A stretch of DNA of 64,000 bases. Source: Rubrivivax sp. (GTDB taxonomy: Bacteria > Pseudomonadota > Gammaproteobacteria > Burkholderiales > Burkholderiaceae_C). Below the pieces are notes generated by a model. It was given only the letters and a program-made list of their open reading frames with translations, was not told the origin of the DNA and made no database searches. The stretch spans positions 73-64,072 of the forward strand of contig JBKCUM010000192.1 of the NCBI GenBank assembly GCA_046318395.1, read 5' to 3'. Every line of letters starts with the position of its first letter. The stretch's first letter is position 1. This document shows positions 62,051-64,000 of the stretch, in pieces. Made by a program: the position numbers and the translations under genes.

Positions 62051-62824
62051 ATGAGTGCCTTCAACGAAGAGCGCGTGCTGAGCGTGCACCACTGGACCGA
62101 CCGCCTGTTTTCGTTCACCACCACGCGCGACCCCTCGCTGCGTTTTTCGAACGGGCACTTCACGATGATCGGCCTGAAGGTCAACGGCAAGCCGCTGTTG
62201 CGCGCCTACAGCATCGTCAGCGCCAACTACGAAGAGCACCTCGAGTTCCTGAGCATCAAGGTGCCCGACGGCCCGCTGACCAGCCGCCTGCAGCACATCC
62301 AGGTGGGCGACAGCATCGTGGTGGGCCGCAAGCCCACGGGCACGCTGCTGATCGACTACCTGCTGCCCGCCAAGCGCCTGTACCTGCTGGGCACCGGCAC
62401 CGGTGTGGCGCCGTTCCTGAGCATCATCCGCGACCCCGAAACCTACGAGAAGTTCGAGGAAGTGGTGCTGGTGCACGGCGTGCGCGAGGTCAAGGAACTG
62501 GCCTACCACGACTACCTCACGCAGGAACTGCCCCAGCACGAGCTGCTGGGCGAGATGGTCAGCGCACAGCTGAAGTACTACCCCACCGTCACGCGCGAAC
62601 CCTTCCGCAACCAGGGCCGCATGACCGACCTGATGGAAAGCGGCAAGCTGTTCAGCGACCTGGGCGTGCCCCCGCTGAACCCGGCCGAAGACCGCGTGAT
62701 GATCTGCGGCAGCCCCGAAATGCTGCGCGACCTGAAACGCATGATGGAAGAGCGCCAGTTCAAGGAGGGCAACACCTCCACACCGGGCGACTTCGTCATC
62801 GAACGCGCTTTCGTCGAACAGTAA
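62051..62824 (+). CDS. fpr: ferredoxin--NADP(+) reductase
   Basis: RAYSIVS (FAD binding), LLGTGTGVAPF (NADP binding); 257 aa, ATG start. Confidence 0.9.
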   Translation: MSAFNEERVLSVHHWTDRLFSFTTTRDPSLRFSNGHFTMIGLKVNGKPLLRAYSIVSANYEEHLEFLSIKVPDGPLTSRLQHIQVGDSIVVGRKPTGTLLIDYLLPAKRLYLLGTGTGVAPFLSIIRDPETYEKFEEVVLVHGVREVKELAYHDYLTQELPQHELLGEMVSAQLKYYPTVTREPFRNQGRMTDLMESGKLFSDLGVPPLNPAEDRVMICGSPEMLRDLKRMMEERQFKEGNTSTPGDFVIERAFVEQ

Positions 62825-62894
62825 AAACACACGGCCCGAACTCGGCAGCGGGCCCTGGCGCCCGCGCACGGGGCGGGCACCAGGGAGGGTTGTC

Positions 62895-63617
62895 ATGTTG
62901 AAGTGGGTTCACCGCGGCGCACTGCGCGCCGCCGCGCTGTCCGGGGTTCTGGCCTCGGCCGCTTTGTTCAGTGCCTGCACCAGCGCACCGCCAGCCACCG
63001 ACACCGGCGATGGCCCCGTGGTCACCCGCACCGCCGCCAACACCGTGTGGGCGACGCCGGAGGCCGTCGCTGCCGCGCAGGAAGCCGCACGCAGCGCCGC
63101 CGCTGAACGCGACGCCCGCGTGCGCGCCGAAGCCGCCGCCCGCCGCAGCCCACCCGCGGCGGCCGCGGACAAGCCCCAGGCCAGCACCACGGCGCCCGCC
63201 GGGACCGCGGGCGCAACGGCCGAGGTTTCGCCCTCGGCACCCGGCACCGGCGGGCAGGCGATCGGCCCCGGCACCATGGCCGTCGAACCGCTGCAGCGTG
63301 TGGTCTATTTCGACTACGACAGCTTCGCCCTGCGTGCCGAAGCGCAACCCATGGTGGAACGCCGCGCCCGCGCCCTGCTGAACCAGCCGCAAGCCCGGCT
63401 GCTGCTGGAGGGCCACGCCGACGAACGCGGTGGCAGCGAATACAACCTGGCCCTGGGCCAAAAGCGCGCCGAGGCCGTGCTGCGCGCGCTGGTCGTGGTG
63501 GGCGTGCCCGAAGCGCGGCTGGAAGCCACCAGCTTCGGCAGCACCCGCCCGGCGGTGGAAGGCCGCGACGAAAACGCCTGGTCGCAGAACCGGCGCGTCG
63601 AGATCAAGGAACGCTGA
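62895..63617 (+). CDS. OmpA-family peptidoglycan-associated lipoprotein (Pal-like)
   Basis: AGGGAGG upstream. Lipobox LFSAC. Ala/Pro-rich linker. OmpA C-terminal domain (VYFDYDS.., GHADERGGSEYNLALGQKRA, NRRVEI). Confidence 0.8.
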   Translation: MLKWVHRGALRAAALSGVLASAALFSACTSAPPATDTGDGPVVTRTAANTVWATPEAVAAAQEAARSAAAERDARVRAEAAARRSPPAAAADKPQASTTAPAGTAGATAEVSPSAPGTGGQAIGPGTMAVEPLQRVVYFDYDSFALRAEAQPMVERRARALLNQPQARLLLEGHADERGGSEYNLALGQKRAEAVLRALVVVGVPEARLEATSFGSTRPAVEGRDENAWSQNRRVEIKER

Positions 63618-63673
63618 AACCCTGGCGCCTGGCACCTGCCACCGCACGCCACCGCCCAGCCACGGCCACCCCC

Positions 63674-64000
63674 ATGCTGCAGCCCACCCCGCTGATCGAC
63701 AGCGACCACCCCGCCGTGGTGGCCTTCGCGCGGCAGCACGCCGTGGGCGACAGCGACCGCGCACAGGCCGTGGCGCTGTACCTGGCCGTGCGCGATGGCT
63801 TCCGCTACGACCCCTACCGCATCGACCTCAGCCCCGCGGGCATGAAGGCCAGCGCCGTGCTGACCGCCGGCCACGGCTGGTGCGTGCCCAAGGCCGCGCT
63901 GCTGGCCGCCGCCGCCCGCGCCGCGGGCATCCCGGCGCGTGTGGGCTTTGCCGACGTGCGCAACCACCTCAGCACCGAACGCATGCGGCAGACCATGCAG
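63674..64000 (+). CDS. transglutaminase-like cysteine peptidase family protein, 3' end outside window
   Basis: Not in the track because there is no stop in the window. Manual translation from ATG 63674: MLQPTPLIDSDHPAVVAFARQH...GHGWCVPKAALLAAAARAAGIPARVGFADV. Open to nt 64000. Confidence 0.7.
   Translation, partial: MLQPTPLIDSDHPAVVAFARQHAVGDSDRAQAVALYLAVRDGFRYDPYRIDLSPAGMKASAVLTAGHGWCVPKAALLAAAARAAGIPARVGFADVRNHLSTERMRQTMQ

Overview
High-GC (about 65-70% by hand counts) chromosomal segment. Its gene content suggests a betaproteobacterium of the Burkholderiales type; this is inference only (TctAB transporter, PEP-CTERM protein, aat-bpt pair, LolCD). About 50 protein-coding genes are supportable, and most are housekeeping. 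In order they are: glycosyltransferase, ribF, ileS (with one in-frame TAA), a large hybrid sensor kinase, lspA, DUF2189, quinone reductase, two EamA transporters, a PEP-CTERM protein, two SDRs, MFS, tctBA, a four-gene overlapping minus-strand chain (TatD, hypoxanthine-DNA glycosylase, SpeE-like methyltransferase, GspE-like ATPase), S1C protease plus MoxR-DUF58-VWA, PQQ sugar dehydrogenase, recJ with an RpfE-type partner, lolCD, DCC oxidoreductase, PHP phosphatase, LytS-like/LytTR two-component pair, GH19 muramidase-like protein, secreted caspase (C14), BCCP-carboxyltransferase fusion, a second PAS hybrid kinase, Dcp, YaeQ, prolyl oligopeptidase, aat-bpt, Nudix-MBL fusion, CoA-transferase, ggt, fpr, Pal-like lipoprotein and a transglutaminase-like gene cut by the window edge. 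I recognised no rRNA, tRNA, CRISPR array, transposase or integrase. The stand-out region is a roughly 2.4-kb low-GC (about 50%) insertion at 28.2-30.6 kb, wedged between two convergent core genes. It carries a tight minus-strand cassette: an RHH-like frame (apparently frameshifted), a 103-aa Cys-rich Vsr-like miniprotein, and a 564-aa AIPR abortive-infection protein. There are no restriction-modification partners. This is my best candidate for a novel defence module. Many long track ORFs are antisense shadows typical of high-GC DNA and are rejected. The track prints GTG/TTG starts as M. Start codons were refined by in-frame counting from track ORFs, and several remain uncertain.
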